From positions 1 through 64,000 of the IMG/VR virus record IMGVR_UViG_3300049846_002561: 64,000 nucleotides of DNA; one strand, 5' to 3'. Origin of the DNA: a virus. Positions 36,223 through 48,500 of this stretch are shown here, piece after piece. Position numbers and translations under genes: made by a program. Numbering within the stretch: the stretch's first letter is position 1; each line of letters begins with the position of its first letter. The notes under the pieces were generated by a model. The model had not been told where the DNA came from. It saw only the letters and a program-made list of their open reading frames with translations, and did no database searches.

Positions 36223-37878
36223 ATGGGACTCAACGACGCAAGCATACTGGATTCCATTTCCCCAAAGGGAGAAGATTTTAATGTAAACGATATTTCGTCT
36301 TACACTCCCTCTGACATGTCTCCTCAGCAGAAGGAGTCGTTCAACAACATGTACTCGCCATCTACGGGACCACTACCCGTTTCGACCTATTACCCGGGCA
36401 TTAATCACAACATTGGAGTTGGTACTTATTCTGGAAGCCAGATCGGAAGCGCTACCCTATTTGCCCCTGGCGGAGACCTGGTTCCGTTAGGCCTTCTTGA
36501 CGCAAGGGATCTTGCGATGAAGCAGGCCGCAATGAAAAAGGCGAAGGACCTTGAAGATTTTAATAAGCAATATCAGTCCCCCACAACAAAGCACACGGCT
36601 GTACAGAAAAGTCTTACTGACTCTTATTTTGATGGGCTTAATAAATGGATAGGCAATGCTACCCAAAAAGCTGGTGGTGATCAAGCGACTGCTATAAACA
36701 TGCTGAAGAACGACGTTGGATTTCAAAGATGGAATAAGGGCATGCAGGATCGTGCAAAGATGCAAGATCAAGGTGTTGAGATTGCAGCGCAGCTTCAGTC
36801 TGCTGAGAAGGATGAGAACTTTGTTTTAAGTCCAGAGACCAGGAATGCCATGAAGTCCTTCCTTTCCGGGGAATATGCTGGAGCAGATCCATTCAGTAAA
36901 GAGGGTACTCAGTTTACAAAGAACTTCATTTCCATGAAGGCCAATTACGACCTTGACAAGGCAGTGAATGACTCCTTGACAAAGGCCATACCTAATTTAG
37001 AGCAACTTCCACCTACATTTCAAGGAAGAGGTAAAAATGAATTAGCTACATTCCTTGAAAAAGAATACTTCACTCCAGAGCAAAAGAAATCTATTGCCCA
37101 TGACATATTCATGGAGAAGTTTCAGGGAACTGGGATTACGGAAGATCAGGTTTTAAAAAACCTTGAAGCTAAAACTGGCGAGAAAATCAAAAGACACGTT
37201 CAGCATTATGACAAGTGGTTTAAGCCGGACACTTCCGGAAATGAAACCGATTACACTAATGCAGCCCCTCAGAGTGAGACTTCATTCAATGTATCGGTTC
37301 CTTCATCAACGCCCGGACAAAAATCAAAGACACTTGAAATATACGGCGCCAATTCATTCAAGACATCTGCCGATGACGAGAAAAAGGAAATAAGCATCAC
37401 CGCCGGACCAAACACTGTTGACCTTCAGGGTAAAAAGATTCACGAAAAGGCCGGTCAGCTAAAGGGAACAGTGTCTCAGATATTTACAGGTTATTACGAT
37501 AAGGCAAGAAAAAGATGGCTCAGCCCTCAAGAAACGAAAGACTTTAAGGAGGGCAAGATGGGATCTGCAAATGACATTATCGCTAAGCCTGCAGTTATGT
37601 TCAATATAAAGAAAGAAGAGGGAGATAAAGGTCCGGGTAACGCACTTATTCTTGACGTTAACGACGTTAAAGGTAAGTACCCAAAGAAGGGTAACCAGAA
37701 AAAGAGCTTTGACGATCTTATTTCTGATTTAGAGGTTGCAACTGAAACTGAAAATAAAGAAGGACGACTTGGTACCGGATGGAAGCAGGGCTTAAAAACA
37801 GGACCTAAAACAGGTGCAAAAGGTGAATCTACGAAGACAAACAACGCTGATAATTTAAGAAAAAAGTATAATTACTGA
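36223..37878 (+). CDS. Putative internal virion (ejection) protein
   Basis: 551 aa between the pilot and giant proteins. Confidence 0.55.
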   Translation: MGLNDASILDSISPKGEDFNVNDISSYTPSDMSPQQKESFNNMYSPSTGPLPVSTYYPGINHNIGVGTYSGSQIGSATLFAPGGDLVPLGLLDARDLAMKQAAMKKAKDLEDFNKQYQSPTTKHTAVQKSLTDSYFDGLNKWIGNATQKAGGDQATAINMLKNDVGFQRWNKGMQDRAKMQDQGVEIAAQLQSAEKDENFVLSPETRNAMKSFLSGEYAGADPFSKEGTQFTKNFISMKANYDLDKAVNDSLTKAIPNLEQLPPTFQGRGKNELATFLEKEYFTPEQKKSIAHDIFMEKFQGTGITEDQVLKNLEAKTGEKIKRHVQHYDKWFKPDTSGNETDYTNAAPQSETSFNVSVPSSTPGQKSKTLEIYGANSFKTSADDEKKEISITAGPNTVDLQGKKIHEKAGQLKGTVSQIFTGYYDKARKRWLSPQETKDFKEGKMGSANDIIAKPAVMFNIKKEEGDKGPGNALILDVNDVKGKYPKKGNQKKSFDDLISDLEVATETENKEGRLGTGWKQGLKTGPKTGAKGESTKTNNADNLRKKYNY

Positions 37879-40800
37879 TGCCTGGAGACGAGAAAATACT
37901 GTCTGACGCTGATCGCGCAAGACTCGATGGAATTGTCAATAAGATGATTGAGAACAACGAAAAGGATGAAGACATCCAATTTGTTGTCAATGATTTTAAA
38001 GATAAGTATGGCTTAAAAAAAAAAGAGTCTACCACTTCTCCTTTGGCATCTACTTCAACGGATCTATCTACAAGTGCACCGTCGGTATCGGAAGGTGGCA
38101 CATCAGGATTGGCAAGTACGCCATCGGTCTCTACAGGGCCTACAATGACGATGAAGGACGGGAAACCGTTCCTGAATCTTAATCAACAGGTAACGCCCGT
38201 AGATCAGACACTGAAGGCCGCAACCACTCAGGCCGACATCACGCCAAAGAGCAACGTATACGCTCCACTTGAAAAAGTTCAGATAAAGAACGAGGATCAG
38301 GGTACCGGCATTGGAACCGCCGTGGCTAGAGGGACTGCAAGGATGGTGAACTCAGTACTGAAGTCTCCAAAATTCGTGTATGATATTTCCGTAGCTCAGC
38401 AAAACCCAATAGTAAAGGCAACCCTGGATAAGCTGAACATGGGATCTGCCGAACAGCTTGCGGGGAAGTTAGGGATATGGGACCCTACTAAAGAGATAGA
38501 CGCCGCCATACAGGCCAACGAGCAGGAAATGGCTCAAAAGTATGATCAGTCGATAAATGATTATTTCTTTGGCGAAAAGCCAGATGTCAAAAAGGGATTA
38601 TCTCTGTTAGCGAACAGGGTAGCGGAGGCTTTACCTACAACGATGGCTCTCATGATGACCGGTGCTATGTCTTCCGCTGAAGGTATTGCTGGCTCAACGA
38701 TCGCCTTTGGGGCGGAAAAGAAATCTCAACTTGACGCTAACAACCCGGACATGTCCGAGGATGATAAAACGGCAAACGCCCTAATCTCGGGGGCACTTGA
38801 AACCGTAACAGAATACTTGCCAACAAATGCGTTGGTTGGTCTCGCCGAAAGAGCGCTTATGAAAACGGGAGTAGAATCTGCTAAGAAGGTAGCGAAAGAA
38901 GGATTTAAGGCCGTCGTTGGAAAAGCGTTAAAAGAATACGGAGGAGCGTTCATGTCTGATGCTGTTGGTGAAATGGCAAATCAGTTTGGAGAAAACGTTA
39001 CTGACAAGCTTACCGGTGCAGATCCAAACAAAAATCCGTGGGACGGAGTTATGGATGCTATGTGGATTTCTTTAGGATCTACCGGAGCTATGACGGCGCC
39101 TATTGCAGCTATTGACGTTGTTAAGACAGCTTCTGGACTGAAAAAAGCAACTGAGCTGGAAAAAAACAAAGAGTCTTTGACTCAGGACCTACAGTCACCG
39201 GAGGTATCCCCAGAAACGAAGTCTATAATATCTGAGAAGATAAAGAACATAAACGACGAAGAGGCTACGCTCGCCCAACAGGAAAAGGAAAGATATGCTG
39301 CCCTCCCACAGGAAGGCAAAACTGAAGTTGACAGGTTGCTTGGTGAAATAAAGAAGGTTACCGACGTGCTTTCTGATCCCGCCGTTTCTGATGATACGAG
39401 AAAGGCCCTTCAAAAGGAAGTTGACGACTTCAATAAGCAGATAGAAGACGTCTACGACCTTTCAGAGCAGGGCATTGAAAAGGAAGACTTCATGGCTGAG
39501 TTCCAAAAGTCCCTCGCCGAGGAGCAACCAGGAACAAAAACAGAACCGGCTACTATACAGAAAGATCAGGCCGTCACAACAGATGAGCAAGCTCAGCAAT
39601 CGGCTGAACAAAAGAAGCCTGAAGCTAAAGAAGTAGAACTTCCAGGTGTAGATGTTGGTGGGGTAAAGGGCCTCCCTAGAAAAATGGTTTTTGACGAATC
39701 TGATCAGAAGTGGAAGCAGAGCGTTGGTGGAGAGCTTACAAACGTATCCGATCAAGCTCAGCAGGAAGCTCAAGGCATTTACGAAGAGGCTTTAAACAAA
39801 AAAAGGGAAGAGTTACAAAGATCAGACGTTATTTCTTCGTCAATAAACGTGGCGCCATTATTCAGTCAGAAGATAAAGAATATGGATGAAGCTAATCAAC
39901 TTCACGCCACCAGGTTTTACAAAAAATACAAGCAGGACGTTAGGGATGTAGCAAAAGAGTTTAATGTAACAATAGACGCGGAAGAGGATGGAATAGGTGG
40001 ATTTGCAGATTTAAGTGAGGCGACTACCGTTTTCAAAGTTACCGGTGACTTTAACGATATCGTAAAATTGGCAGCAGCCGTGGGGGGCTTGACACCTGAA
40101 GTTCAGGAATCTACAATAGCTTCAATGTACGTTCAGGATGGTGACAAAAACCACAATGCTGATCAGACCGAAGTGGGCATAGACAACCCAGAAGCGGCAA
40201 TAAAGGCTGCCAGAGATGCTGGATTCGAATCAACTGGTTATACGCTAGTTGGAAATAAAATTAACTTTTTAGAGATTTTTGACTATCCGGATGCGAATTT
40301 TAAAGAAAAAATCATTACCTTTATTAACAAGTATAATGAATATGGAGGCAGAATTGAATCAACAGAAAAACGAGCAGTTAGATCAGAATACATCGATCAT
40401 GTCAGAAGGGGAGAAATTTTATCAGAAATTGAAAAGTCTTCCTTACAACAACGACAGGGTGGGTCAAGGCTTCGTGACATATCACGGAAAGCCAAACAAC
40501 GAACCGACAGTTATCGGAAGTGGAAAGAAATAGATTCCACAAAAGAGGCTAAAAGATATCGTGAGCTTCGTAAAAAGCAGATAGACCTATCTGCTGAAGG
40601 TAAAAAACTATCCAAGGAAGAGAAAGCTGAAATTTCCAAGCTAGAGAAGTTTTTAGCTGAACCATTAGCTTCAATCATAGCAAGCGATAAAGAGCTATAC
40701 GAAGAAGCTAAAAAAGACATTGACGCAATAACAAACCAAGTGTCATCTATTGTAGATGATGGATTTTCTTTAAAGCCAGAGATCAAGAGGCCGTCAAGGG

Positions 40801-43800
40801 CTGCCGAGAAAGTAATTCGGTGGTATGATATTCAGCCAAACTTGTTGAATGACGGAGCTAGAGCAACTATTATCGTAAACAACGATAGTGACGCAGACTT
40901 TGTTTTCAATAGGATGACTGAAATGTACAGCGTGCCCGGAATGAGAGCTCCGGTTAACGAGAAAACGTTTTTAGGGTTTAGAAAAAGACTCTTAGAAATA
41001 AGAGCTGAAAATGGAAAGATAGTTGAAGTGCAGGTCACAACTCCGGCAGTTTATTTAGCTAAAGAGGGATTAAGTCACTTCCTTCCTGAAAACAGAAAGG
41101 CAGCAGAAGATGCATTAAAAGAGGTGCGAAAAAAGGTCGGATTCGATATTCCGGAAGGAGGAGGTCACTTCTTTTATGAGATATCAAGAGATGAAAATGT
41201 TCAGGACGAATTAAGAGACAAGGCAAACGATTTAAGTAAAAAATACTACGATCTATTCTTTAGTGAAACCTTCTCCATGAGCAAGGAGGATTTCACTAAA
41301 GAGCTTTCCGACTTCGTGAAGGCTGTAGATAGCGCGGATAAATCAGAGTGGGACCCAAGTAATAAGGGTAATGTACCTACTCCAATAAGAGAATTTATTA
41401 ACCAAAAACCAAAAACCAATGCCACTAAAAAAGGGAACATCACAGAAGGTGATCAGCAGCAACATCAAAAAAGAGATGAAAGCGGGGAAACCGCAAAAAC
41501 AAGCGATCGCGATCGCAATGTCGAAAGCGGGAAAAAGCAAGAAGAAGAAGTAACTAAAGAGGAGCCTGTTTCTAAAAAGAAAGAGGCTCCTTCTAAAGAG
41601 CTCGTAGACGAGGAAGAGGAGGCGGATAAGGAGCTGAAAGAGGATCAGGAAACCATCGATAAGATGGACAAGGACCTCGCCGCAGCAAAGGCTATAAACA
41701 AGAATGATAAGGATGCTGTAAAAAAAGCTGAGGATAAATTCAAGGGAGCCATCTACAGGGCATTTATTGCAAAGGACCAAAAGAAAATAAAGAAGACCAC
41801 CTATACTGCGTTCAGGAATGCAATGCAGCAGATAATAGGGCCAAAGCTTAATGCTAACGCAGAAGAAAGCAAAGCAAGACTGGAGCAATTAAAGGAAGTA
41901 ATAAAGCAAAGACTTTTAGGGGAAGGTTATAAGAAGATACTTCTTTCCGCTCCCGGTTTTGGTCCCGCTCAGGTAGCCGCATTGATTGACTTTACTATTG
42001 AGGCAGCAAAGAAAGCGATTGACGCCGGTTACTCGATAAAAGACGCCGCAGAGAGGGCGATAGCATTCGCTAAGGGGCAGCCAATCTATGCCAAGCTAGT
42101 TGAGAAGAAGCATCTCGACGAAAAGGAATTTGAAAGTGCTGTTAGGGATACGTTCAACCCAAAAGAAGAAAAGAAAGAAGAAAAGAAAAAGGAGGAGCCA
42201 AAGGTAGAGAAGAAAGAGGAGACAAAGGAGCGCAAGACCTCGCAGCGTGTGATGGAGTCCAATTTCGTTGATCCCGGCATAAAGGATGCCCTTGCGGAAG
42301 AGGGATTCAAGTATGTTCCTCGCGGAATAAATATGGCGCAGAGTGATGCCAGGAAAATTGTAAAGCACTTCCTTGAAAACGATAAAATAGACGACCTCAT
42401 TGAGACTGTTACCACTAACTCTGAAATGAGCAGGGTGGAGAAGAACTCAATGGCCGCTACTATATTTGAGGCGCTGAATAAGGAGATTGGTAAGACTTCT
42501 GATGAGGACACAAAAAACGAACTCAGAAAGAAGGCTGTAAAAATGCATCAATTCCTTGCCAAGAACTTAACGGAGAGTGCTCAGGATCTCAGGCTGAACG
42601 GAACGATCAATAAGTCAATAGCTGAGGGTGACCCTGATGTTGCCATTACTTTGTTGAAGGAACAAGCCCAAAAGAATATCGAGAAAAATCTCGGAACAAA
42701 GGAGCAGGACAAGAAGATTAACGATACTGTAAATTCCCTTAACAACATTGAGGAGGAAGTTTCCAGGAGAGTGAAGGAAAACCTTACTGAAGAGGTTGAG
42801 AAGGAGATTGAGAAAAGAATACTTAAAGTTGTCCCAAAGGAAACTATAGATAAGCTGAACAAGTTTTTTGATGGGTTGCTGATAAAGCCAGGCGGGAAGT
42901 TATTTGCTGACGTTACCGGACTCGGGGGACTTACCGTATTGGTGTGGAATGGAGCCGTTTCAACAGTAAAGGGCGCAGTTTATCTTGGATTAACAGCGTA
43001 CAATGGAGTTGCCAATAGTCAAATGATCAATAACGCCGTTCAGGCTGGCGTTGACTACATAAAAGAAAATCATAAGGGTGAATTTGACGAAAAGAACTTC
43101 AGGGATAAGGTAACTGAAGAAATTACAAAAGGTCTTAAAGATAACGGAATAGAGATCCGTGAAAGGAAAGAACGTAAGAAGGATCTCGAAAAGATGGTTG
43201 ATGATGTTGTCAATGAAATGAAGGAGGGGAAGAAACCAAAACCGCAATCAGAGAAAAAGACCGAGAAGAATGCCGATGTAGAAAAGGTCAAAGCAGTAAT
43301 GGAGCAAGCCATAGGAAAGCTTGAGATGTCTGATTATGCGAAAAAGAAGTTGACCGTAGACGTAATTGATCACCTTGAGAATAACGACGGTAAAATAAGT
43401 AAAAAGAAGTTCAAGGAGCTTTACGCAGAGGCTCTAGGATATGATTTTGTCACTCCTGAAATAGAGGCAGACATTAAAGCTAATTTTGAGGAAATTAAAA
43501 AAGCGACTGACCTTCAGGATAAAATAAACGACAAGCTAGACGAGGCTGTGTCTGCCGAAAATTCATATAAGGCAAAGGGCCAAAAGATGCCATCCGAAGA
43601 AAGGTCTAAGTTCATAAAAGAAATCAACGCACTCAGAAAGGAGCATAATACACAAACGCTAAAAGCCCAGAAGGCCAACGATAAGATTTCTGGACACTTT
43701 AGGGAAGGTAAAAACTTCTACAGAATGCTTGGAGCCGTACTTCAAGGAAACCTACTCACTCCAATGTCGCAGGTATTCAATATAACCGGATACCTCTATA

Positions 43801-45644
43801 CGCTTCCTGTAAGGTTTGTTGGCGGCCTCGCTGGTACGGCATTGGACTTAGTTGAGTCTGGGTTAGCTAGGACGAAACTCTTTGGTGATCGCCTTGATAA
43901 AAATCTTCAAACAAACATTTTTGCAGAGACTGCTTATGGACTGAAGTACGGAGTTGCTCCAGGAGTTCAAGAGGCTTTATTCAAACTGAAGACCGGACAG
44001 TTAAGCGAAGACACCGCACTACGTGATGTGAGTCAAAAGTTTAACGCTTTTGATTCGTTCTATGACTTCTTTTCAGGTAAACTAAAGGGCAAGGATTTTG
44101 AAACAAAAGTTACCTCTTTGTTTGAGGGAACATTTGGATTACCTGCCGAGATCATGTTCCGCCTTCTAGGTCCTGCAGACATCATGGTGAGAAAAGGCAA
44201 GGAGTATGGCCGTCTTGCCGAGCTAGCAAAGGCACAAGGCCTTGAGGGATTTGAGTTCATGCGTGAAATACTAAATCCGGCAACTGAGCTTAAAGAACAG
44301 GCGCAACAGGAATCACTTAGAGCTTCCTATCAAAATGAGAACGTTCCTACCAAGACTATTAAGTTCATGGAAAAAGGGATGGAGGACTGGATAAATAAGA
44401 TCGCCGGAGAAAAGCTTGGCTATCATCTCAATGGAATGCTTAGCCTGGCAAAGACAGCCGTTATTCCTTTTACGAAAACACCTATTAACGTGGTGAGCGA
44501 ATTGCTTCAGTACTCGTTCCCTCCTATATCATTTGCTAAAGCGCTTGTAGCTGCAAAGCACGGAGATAGAAGGGCATTTAACGTATCCATGGGAAAGGCA
44601 ATGGTTGGAGCTGGCCTGTCTTACATAGCATATCAGCTGATCATGAACGGGCTCATGACCGGGGCTCCAGATGATGAGGATAAGGACAAGGAAAAGAGAG
44701 CAATGTATGAGGGCATAGGGTATAAGAAAATGAACTACTCCGCCCTTCAGAGATTCATTGCCGGAGATCCTAATTGGAATAAGATAAAGGATAATGACAA
44801 CTGGGTTAACTACGAGAAGATGGGCCTTCCTGGCATGGTAATGGCTACGTGGGCTGCATACTACAAAGATCGCACCCCTGAAGAAATGCGTGACCAGAAC
44901 CTTGCCGGTGATATGTTTGCCGGAATACAAGCCACCCTAAAGGCTTCTTTAGAGCAATCATTCCTTAAAGGAACATCAGACGCGTTGACCTCTTTGATGA
45001 ACCCATCCGGCAAGAAGGCTCAATACTTCTACGTGAACTACCTGGGGTCCATGGCTAGTATCGTGTATCCTAATACTCTAGCTTCAATAAGTAGGTCGTC
45101 GGATCCATTAGTGAGAGACAAAAGAACAGACGAGGGCTTTACCAAAATGCTGGTAAATGACTTCAAGGTAAAGATGTTTATGGGCGATCAGCTTCCTAGC
45201 CGCGTGACTCTTTGGGGTGAAGACGCCAAAAAGGTTCCGGAAGGAACTAACCCATACGTCTACTACCTGCTTGATCCTATAAAGTCAAATTCAGTGAGCA
45301 CGAAAACATTTGGATATAAGATATTTGACTTTTGGAGGAACGTTTCGGAAAGCAATAAAGACCTGAAAAACAAGATATTACCTTCCATTCCTCAGAAGTC
45401 TTTGAGGATGAATGGACAGGACATCCCTCTTACTGATTCAGAATATAACACGTTCCAGAAGTTAGTAGGAAAGAGTCGTGCCCAGGGGGCGGAGGCATAC
45501 GTGTTATATGGTGACTTTGACACCGATGATCCGCAGACAAAGGCGGAAACCCTTCAGCGTATTTATTCGTCATCGTATTCATTGGCCAAGGATGAAATGA
45601 TAAACAACACTCCAAGGTTACAAGAAATTATGATGGCAGATTAG
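37878..45644 (+). CDS. Giant internal virion/ejection protein with an embedded RelA/SpoT-like nucleotidyltransferase domain
   Basis: 2588 aa, mostly helical; about 40720-41260 encodes [11 protein letters not shown]...D..R...GFR...EVQVTT...GH.FYE.SR. Confidence 0.7.
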   Translation: MPGDEKILSDADRARLDGIVNKMIENNEKDEDIQFVVNDFKDKYGLKKKESTTSPLASTSTDLSTSAPSVSEGGTSGLASTPSVSTGPTMTMKDGKPFLNLNQQVTPVDQTLKAATTQADITPKSNVYAPLEKVQIKNEDQGTGIGTAVARGTARMVNSVLKSPKFVYDISVAQQNPIVKATLDKLNMGSAEQLAGKLGIWDPTKEIDAAIQANEQEMAQKYDQSINDYFFGEKPDVKKGLSLLANRVAEALPTTMALMMTGAMSSAEGIAGSTIAFGAEKKSQLDANNPDMSEDDKTANALISGALETVTEYLPTNALVGLAERALMKTGVESAKKVAKEGFKAVVGKALKEYGGAFMSDAVGEMANQFGENVTDKLTGADPNKNPWDGVMDAMWISLGSTGAMTAPIAAIDVVKTASGLKKATELEKNKESLTQDLQSPEVSPETKSIISEKIKNINDEEATLAQQEKERYAALPQEGKTEVDRLLGEIKKVTDVLSDPAVSDDTRKALQKEVDDFNKQIEDVYDLSEQGIEKEDFMAEFQKSLAEEQPGTKTEPATIQKDQAVTTDEQAQQSAEQKKPEAKEVELPGVDVGGVKGLPRKMVFDESDQKWKQSVGGELTNVSDQAQQEAQGIYEEALNKKREELQRSDVISSSINVAPLFSQKIKNMDEANQLHATRFYKKYKQDVRDVAKEFNVTIDAEEDGIGGFADLSEATTVFKVTGDFNDIVKLAAAVGGLTPEVQESTIASMYVQDGDKNHNADQTEVGIDNPEAAIKAARDAGFESTGYTLVGNKINFLEIFDYPDANFKEKIITFINKYNEYGGRIESTEKRAVRSEYIDHVRRGEILSEIEKSSLQQRQGGSRLRDISRKAKQRTDSYRKWKEIDSTKEAKRYRELRKKQIDLSAEGKKLSKEEKAEISKLEKFLAEPLASIIASDKELYEEAKKDIDAITNQVSSIVDDGFSLKPEIKRPSRAAEKVIRWYDIQPNLLNDGARATIIVNNDSDADFVFNRMTEMYSVPGMRAPVNEKTFLGFRKRLLEIRAENGKIVEVQVTTPAVYLAKEGLSHFLPENRKAAEDALKEVRKKVGFDIPEGGGHFFYEISRDENVQDELRDKANDLSKKYYDLFFSETFSMSKEDFTKELSDFVKAVDSADKSEWDPSNKGNVPTPIREFINQKPKTNATKKGNITEGDQQQHQKRDESGETAKTSDRDRNVESGKKQEEEVTKEEPVSKKKEAPSKELVDEEEEADKELKEDQETIDKMDKDLAAAKAINKNDKDAVKKAEDKFKGAIYRAFIAKDQKKIKKTTYTAFRNAMQQIIGPKLNANAEESKARLEQLKEVIKQRLLGEGYKKILLSAPGFGPAQVAALIDFTIEAAKKAIDAGYSIKDAAERAIAFAKGQPIYAKLVEKKHLDEKEFESAVRDTFNPKEEKKEEKKKEEPKVEKKEETKERKTSQRVMESNFVDPGIKDALAEEGFKYVPRGINMAQSDARKIVKHFLENDKIDDLIETVTTNSEMSRVEKNSMAATIFEALNKEIGKTSDEDTKNELRKKAVKMHQFLAKNLTESAQDLRLNGTINKSIAEGDPDVAITLLKEQAQKNIEKNLGTKEQDKKINDTVNSLNNIEEEVSRRVKENLTEEVEKEIEKRILKVVPKETIDKLNKFFDGLLIKPGGKLFADVTGLGGLTVLVWNGAVSTVKGAVYLGLTAYNGVANSQMINNAVQAGVDYIKENHKGEFDEKNFRDKVTEEITKGLKDNGIEIRERKERKKDLEKMVDDVVNEMKEGKKPKPQSEKKTEKNADVEKVKAVMEQAIGKLEMSDYAKKKLTVDVIDHLENNDGKISKKKFKELYAEALGYDFVTPEIEADIKANFEEIKKATDLQDKINDKLDEAVSAENSYKAKGQKMPSEERSKFIKEINALRKEHNTQTLKAQKANDKISGHFREGKNFYRMLGAVLQGNLLTPMSQVFNITGYLYTLPVRFVGGLAGTALDLVESGLARTKLFGDRLDKNLQTNIFAETAYGLKYGVAPGVQEALFKLKTGQLSEDTALRDVSQKFNAFDSFYDFFSGKLKGKDFETKVTSLFEGTFGLPAEIMFRLLGPADIMVRKGKEYGRLAELAKAQGLEGFEFMREILNPATELKEQAQQESLRASYQNENVPTKTIKFMEKGMEDWINKIAGEKLGYHLNGMLSLAKTAVIPFTKTPINVVSELLQYSFPPISFAKALVAAKHGDRRAFNVSMGKAMVGAGLSYIAYQLIMNGLMTGAPDDEDKDKEKRAMYEGIGYKKMNYSALQRFIAGDPNWNKIKDNDNWVNYEKMGLPGMVMATWAAYYKDRTPEEMRDQNLAGDMFAGIQATLKASLEQSFLKGTSDALTSLMNPSGKKAQYFYVNYLGSMASIVYPNTLASISRSSDPLVRDKRTDEGFTKMLVNDFKVKMFMGDQLPSRVTLWGEDAKKVPEGTNPYVYYLLDPIKSNSVSTKTFGYKIFDFWRNVSESNKDLKNKILPSIPQKSLRMNGQDIPLTDSEYNTFQKLVGKSRAQGAEAYVLYGDFDTDDPQTKAETLQRIYSSSYSLAKDEMINNTPRLQEIMMAD

Positions 45645-45677
45645 AATGATTATAAATAATTCATATATTTGCACACA

Positions 45678-46238
45678 ATGGCTCTTCAGCTCAAAATAAA
45701 CATCGAGGAGAAGGAAAACTCCTTTGTTGTAGTTGATCTAACTGGTAAGTATAGATACGATAATTTGACGGGTTGGGGGCCAGCTACCGCCGAGGTAAAA
45801 AATATCTCGAAGGCTACTCTCTCAATATGGAAACCGGGAGCAACGCAGCCGAAAGACGTTGACGTTACTGGTGACTTCCCAAATAAAGAATGTATCGATA
45901 TTGAGATCCTTCCATATATGGCGGGCCTCACCGGAAGTGTACTTGTAAGTGGAAAATATAAAGTTAAGCTCACTGTTGAGGGGACTGACTGCAAAGGAGC
46001 CACTTACTCAAAGTCAGCGACGGTAGAAAAGGTATTCGTGAACGATGTCACTTGCTGCCTTGACAAGCTTCAAAAAAGGGTAAATAGGGATGCTTACCAA
46101 GAGAAGTTACAGCAAAACATAATCATTTTAAGTAATTTGCTTGAATCTGCAAATTACGCTATTTGCAAAGGATTAACGGAACAGGCTTCAGAAATTGTTG
46201 AGTTGCTTAAATCTCAGTGTTCATGCGTGGATTGCTGA
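45678..46238 (+). CDS. Hypothetical Cys-rich structural protein
   Basis: ATG 45678 after TATATTTG (45664-45671); beta-rich, TCC and terminal CSCVDC. Confidence 0.6.
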   Translation: MALQLKINIEEKENSFVVVDLTGKYRYDNLTGWGPATAEVKNISKATLSIWKPGATQPKDVDVTGDFPNKECIDIEILPYMAGLTGSVLVSGKYKVKLTVEGTDCKGATYSKSATVEKVFVNDVTCCLDKLQKRVNRDAYQEKLQQNIIILSNLLESANYAICKGLTEQASEIVELLKSQCSCVDC

Positions 46239-46252
46239 TAAAAATATAAACA

Positions 46253-46789
46253 ATGGCTTGTTCAAAGTGTAAATCAAATAAATGCTGCTGCCCAAAGGTG
46301 ATCACAAAGATCGGCCCTCGTGGCCCGAAAGGTCCTCCCGGCCCGAAAGGTCGTGATGGCCAGGATGGTCTCAGGGGACCGCAAGGCCCGGCATTCGTTC
46401 CCGACGTTAACTTCATCGAAAGGGAAACGTTTCAATTCATAAACGTAGGATCTCCAACGGCCAATGACTCTGACCTTATAGTGTCTGGTCTTGCCGCCGG
46501 TACCTATATGGTTTTTGTTGAGGTTGACACCATTTTCAACAGGGATACTAACGTTGCAGAAAACGGATCGATCTCTATTTTCTTGAACGGAACCCTCAAT
46601 GAGAGAAACATAAACTTTGACAACCCAGGTGTCCAGAAGAGAGGCTTTAAGCTTGTCCTTAATGCCGTTGTGGTGCTTGCCGCTCCCGGAAACATATCGG
46701 TGAACTACTCAATGACGTCGTTCCCGTTGAACCCAACCACTTCTTTCACATTCCTTAAAGGATCAATAACCACATTAAAAGTATCGTAA
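46253..46789 (+). CDS. Collagen-like fibre protein
   Basis: CSKC...CCC N-terminus, GPRGPKGPPGPKGRDGQDGLRGPQGP Gly-X-Y run, beta-sandwich-like C-terminus. Confidence 0.75.
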   Translation: MACSKCKSNKCCCPKVITKIGPRGPKGPPGPKGRDGQDGLRGPQGPAFVPDVNFIERETFQFINVGSPTANDSDLIVSGLAAGTYMVFVEVDTIFNRDTNVAENGSISIFLNGTLNERNINFDNPGVQKRGFKLVLNAVVVLAAPGNISVNYSMTSFPLNPTTSFTFLKGSITTLKVS

Positions 46790-47544
46790 TGAGCTGTAAG
46801 TCAGAATCAGAAAAACAGATGGAGGCCAAGATAGCTGAGCTATCTGATGCTGTAGAAGCCATAAACAAGAGCGCAAAGTTTTTGCTTGAGGGTCACCCTA
46901 TCTTACTCATTCAGCACGTTGACGACATCGCTCAGTTCGATTTCAATTCCGGAGAGGGTACCGGAGCGTGGTACGGGTGGGCAATGTGCACTGGAAATCA
47001 GTACACCAATCCATCAACAAAGAAAAAGATATCAACGCCAAACTTCGTTGATCGGTTCATCGTTATGGCCACTGGCAATTACGAGGTGGGTGACGTTGGC
47101 GGCGCAGATGAGGTGACACTCACTGAGGCTCAGATGCCTAGTCACAATCACACGCTTACCGATCCCGGACACGGACACTCTCTTAGTGACCCGGGTCACG
47201 ATCATGCGGTGACGGACCCAGGCCATGGTCACACGTCTGATCCGCATGCCCATAACTTTGAGGATACAAAAACTGAAGCTAACTCAGGTAGCCCATTTGC
47301 TATTCCTACATCCGGAACCGGGGCAGGCGTTCTCCTTGGAGACACTAATACCACAAAGCAGACAGACCCAGCCACCGACACTCTTCAAGATAACGTGACA
47401 GGCCTTACCGTAAATAACGCGTTTACCGGAATTGGAGTACAAGAGGCTGAAGCTGGAATCACCATTGAGTCTGCCGGTAGCGGAGAGGCTCATGAAAATA
47501 GACCTCCTTATTACGCCGCCATTTATGTAATGAAACTGTGGTAG
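46789..47544 (+). CDS. Tail fibre with collar domain and HxH metal-binding tip
   Basis: GWAMC.G...TPN...RF, VTLTEAQMPSHNH, DPGHxH repeats, HENRPPYYA. Confidence 0.8.
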   Translation: MSCKSESEKQMEAKIAELSDAVEAINKSAKFLLEGHPILLIQHVDDIAQFDFNSGEGTGAWYGWAMCTGNQYTNPSTKKKISTPNFVDRFIVMATGNYEVGDVGGADEVTLTEAQMPSHNHTLTDPGHGHSLSDPGHDHAVTDPGHGHTSDPHAHNFEDTKTEANSGSPFAIPTSGTGAGVLLGDTNTTKQTDPATDTLQDNVTGLTVNNAFTGIGVQEAEAGITIESAGSGEAHENRPPYYAAIYVMKLW

Positions 47545-47906
47545 AGCTTGAAGACATAATCTGCTCTGCTCAGGAGTGCTCAGCAAAGCTGGGCGCAAAG
47601 TACGCTCATGCCTTTAAAAACGGAGAAGACACGGATCAGCTGAAGTGGGATTTCTTGAAGTTAAACTCTTTCATAAGAACACTTTGCCGAAACCAGGTGA
47701 AGGTTGTTTACAAGAAAGAGAGATTTTTATTGAAAACAGTGCCCATCAGCTCTTTGACGAAACATAATTCTTTCCTATCTTTGAAGAACGGTTACAAGAC
47801 CGTATGTACTAGAACGGAAATAGAGCCCTGTCTTCCTGAATCTGAAATCAATCACATTGTAGAACAAGTAAAACTGTTGTGCCAAGGGTGCGACTGTAAT
47901 TTATAA
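47538..47906 (+). CDS. Hypothetical Cys-containing protein
   Basis: 122-aa ORF ending CQGCDCNL. Confidence 0.55.
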   Translation: MVELEDIICSAQECSAKLGAKYAHAFKNGEDTDQLKWDFLKLNSFIRTLCRNQVKVVYKKERFLLKTVPISSLTKHNSFLSLKNGYKTVCTRTEIEPCLPESEINHIVEQVKLLCQGCDCNL

Positions 47907-47911
47907 TAAAG

Positions 47912-48499
47912 ATGACAGCAACAACTTATACAGAGCAGAGGGATTACCTCAAGCATGCTAAAAAAGAAAGTGAATGCGGATGCGGATCCAAAAACGAAGG
48001 ATGCGGATGCGAAAAAAAATGCGATGATTGCGGATGCTGCCCTCCGGGCCTAGTGGCAATCTATGATGATCAAGGTCATCACCTCGCGTGCCTCACCCCC
48101 AACGATGCTGAGCTCTACAAGAAAAACATTGTTATCTGCCAAGACGGATATGTGAAGTTGTTTAAGGATAGCACCGGTGAGTTCCTTGGTTGCGTTAGTG
48201 AGGATTCCTATGAGAACCTCAATAACAACGTCAACAACGCATCGATTGATCCTGAAGGTCTGTCGATCATCCCTACAACAAACACAATGAGCGTGGGCGG
48301 AACCCTTCAGTTGTATCCAAGGTTCACACCTACCAACACAACCGACCAAGGCGTTACATGGTCTTCAAGCAATGCTGCCGCTGCCTCTGTTGATGCGAGC
48401 GGTTTGGTTGAGGCTCTTGGCGCCGGTACAACAACAATCACCGCCACATCTGATGCGGATGGAGCAATAGTAGCAACAAGAACAATAACAATTTCATAA
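47912..48499 (+). CDS. Cys-rich protein with C-terminal Ig-like (Big_2) domain
   Basis: CGCG...CGC..KCDDCGCC; VTWSSSN...VDASGLV.A..AGTTTITAT. Confidence 0.8.
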   Translation: MTATTYTEQRDYLKHAKKESECGCGSKNEGCGCEKKCDDCGCCPPGLVAIYDDQGHHLACLTPNDAELYKKNIVICQDGYVKLFKDSTGEFLGCVSEDSYENLNNNVNNASIDPEGLSIIPTTNTMSVGGTLQLYPRFTPTNTTDQGVTWSSSNAAAASVDASGLVEALGAGTTTITATSDADGAIVATRTITIS

Positions 48500-48500
48500 A

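Noticed and set aside
45505-45530. GDFDTD resembling the DFDxD RNA polymerase catalytic motif in the giant protein
   Set aside because: It lies about 40 aa from the C-terminus in a helical context, with no room for the surrounding double-psi beta-barrel.
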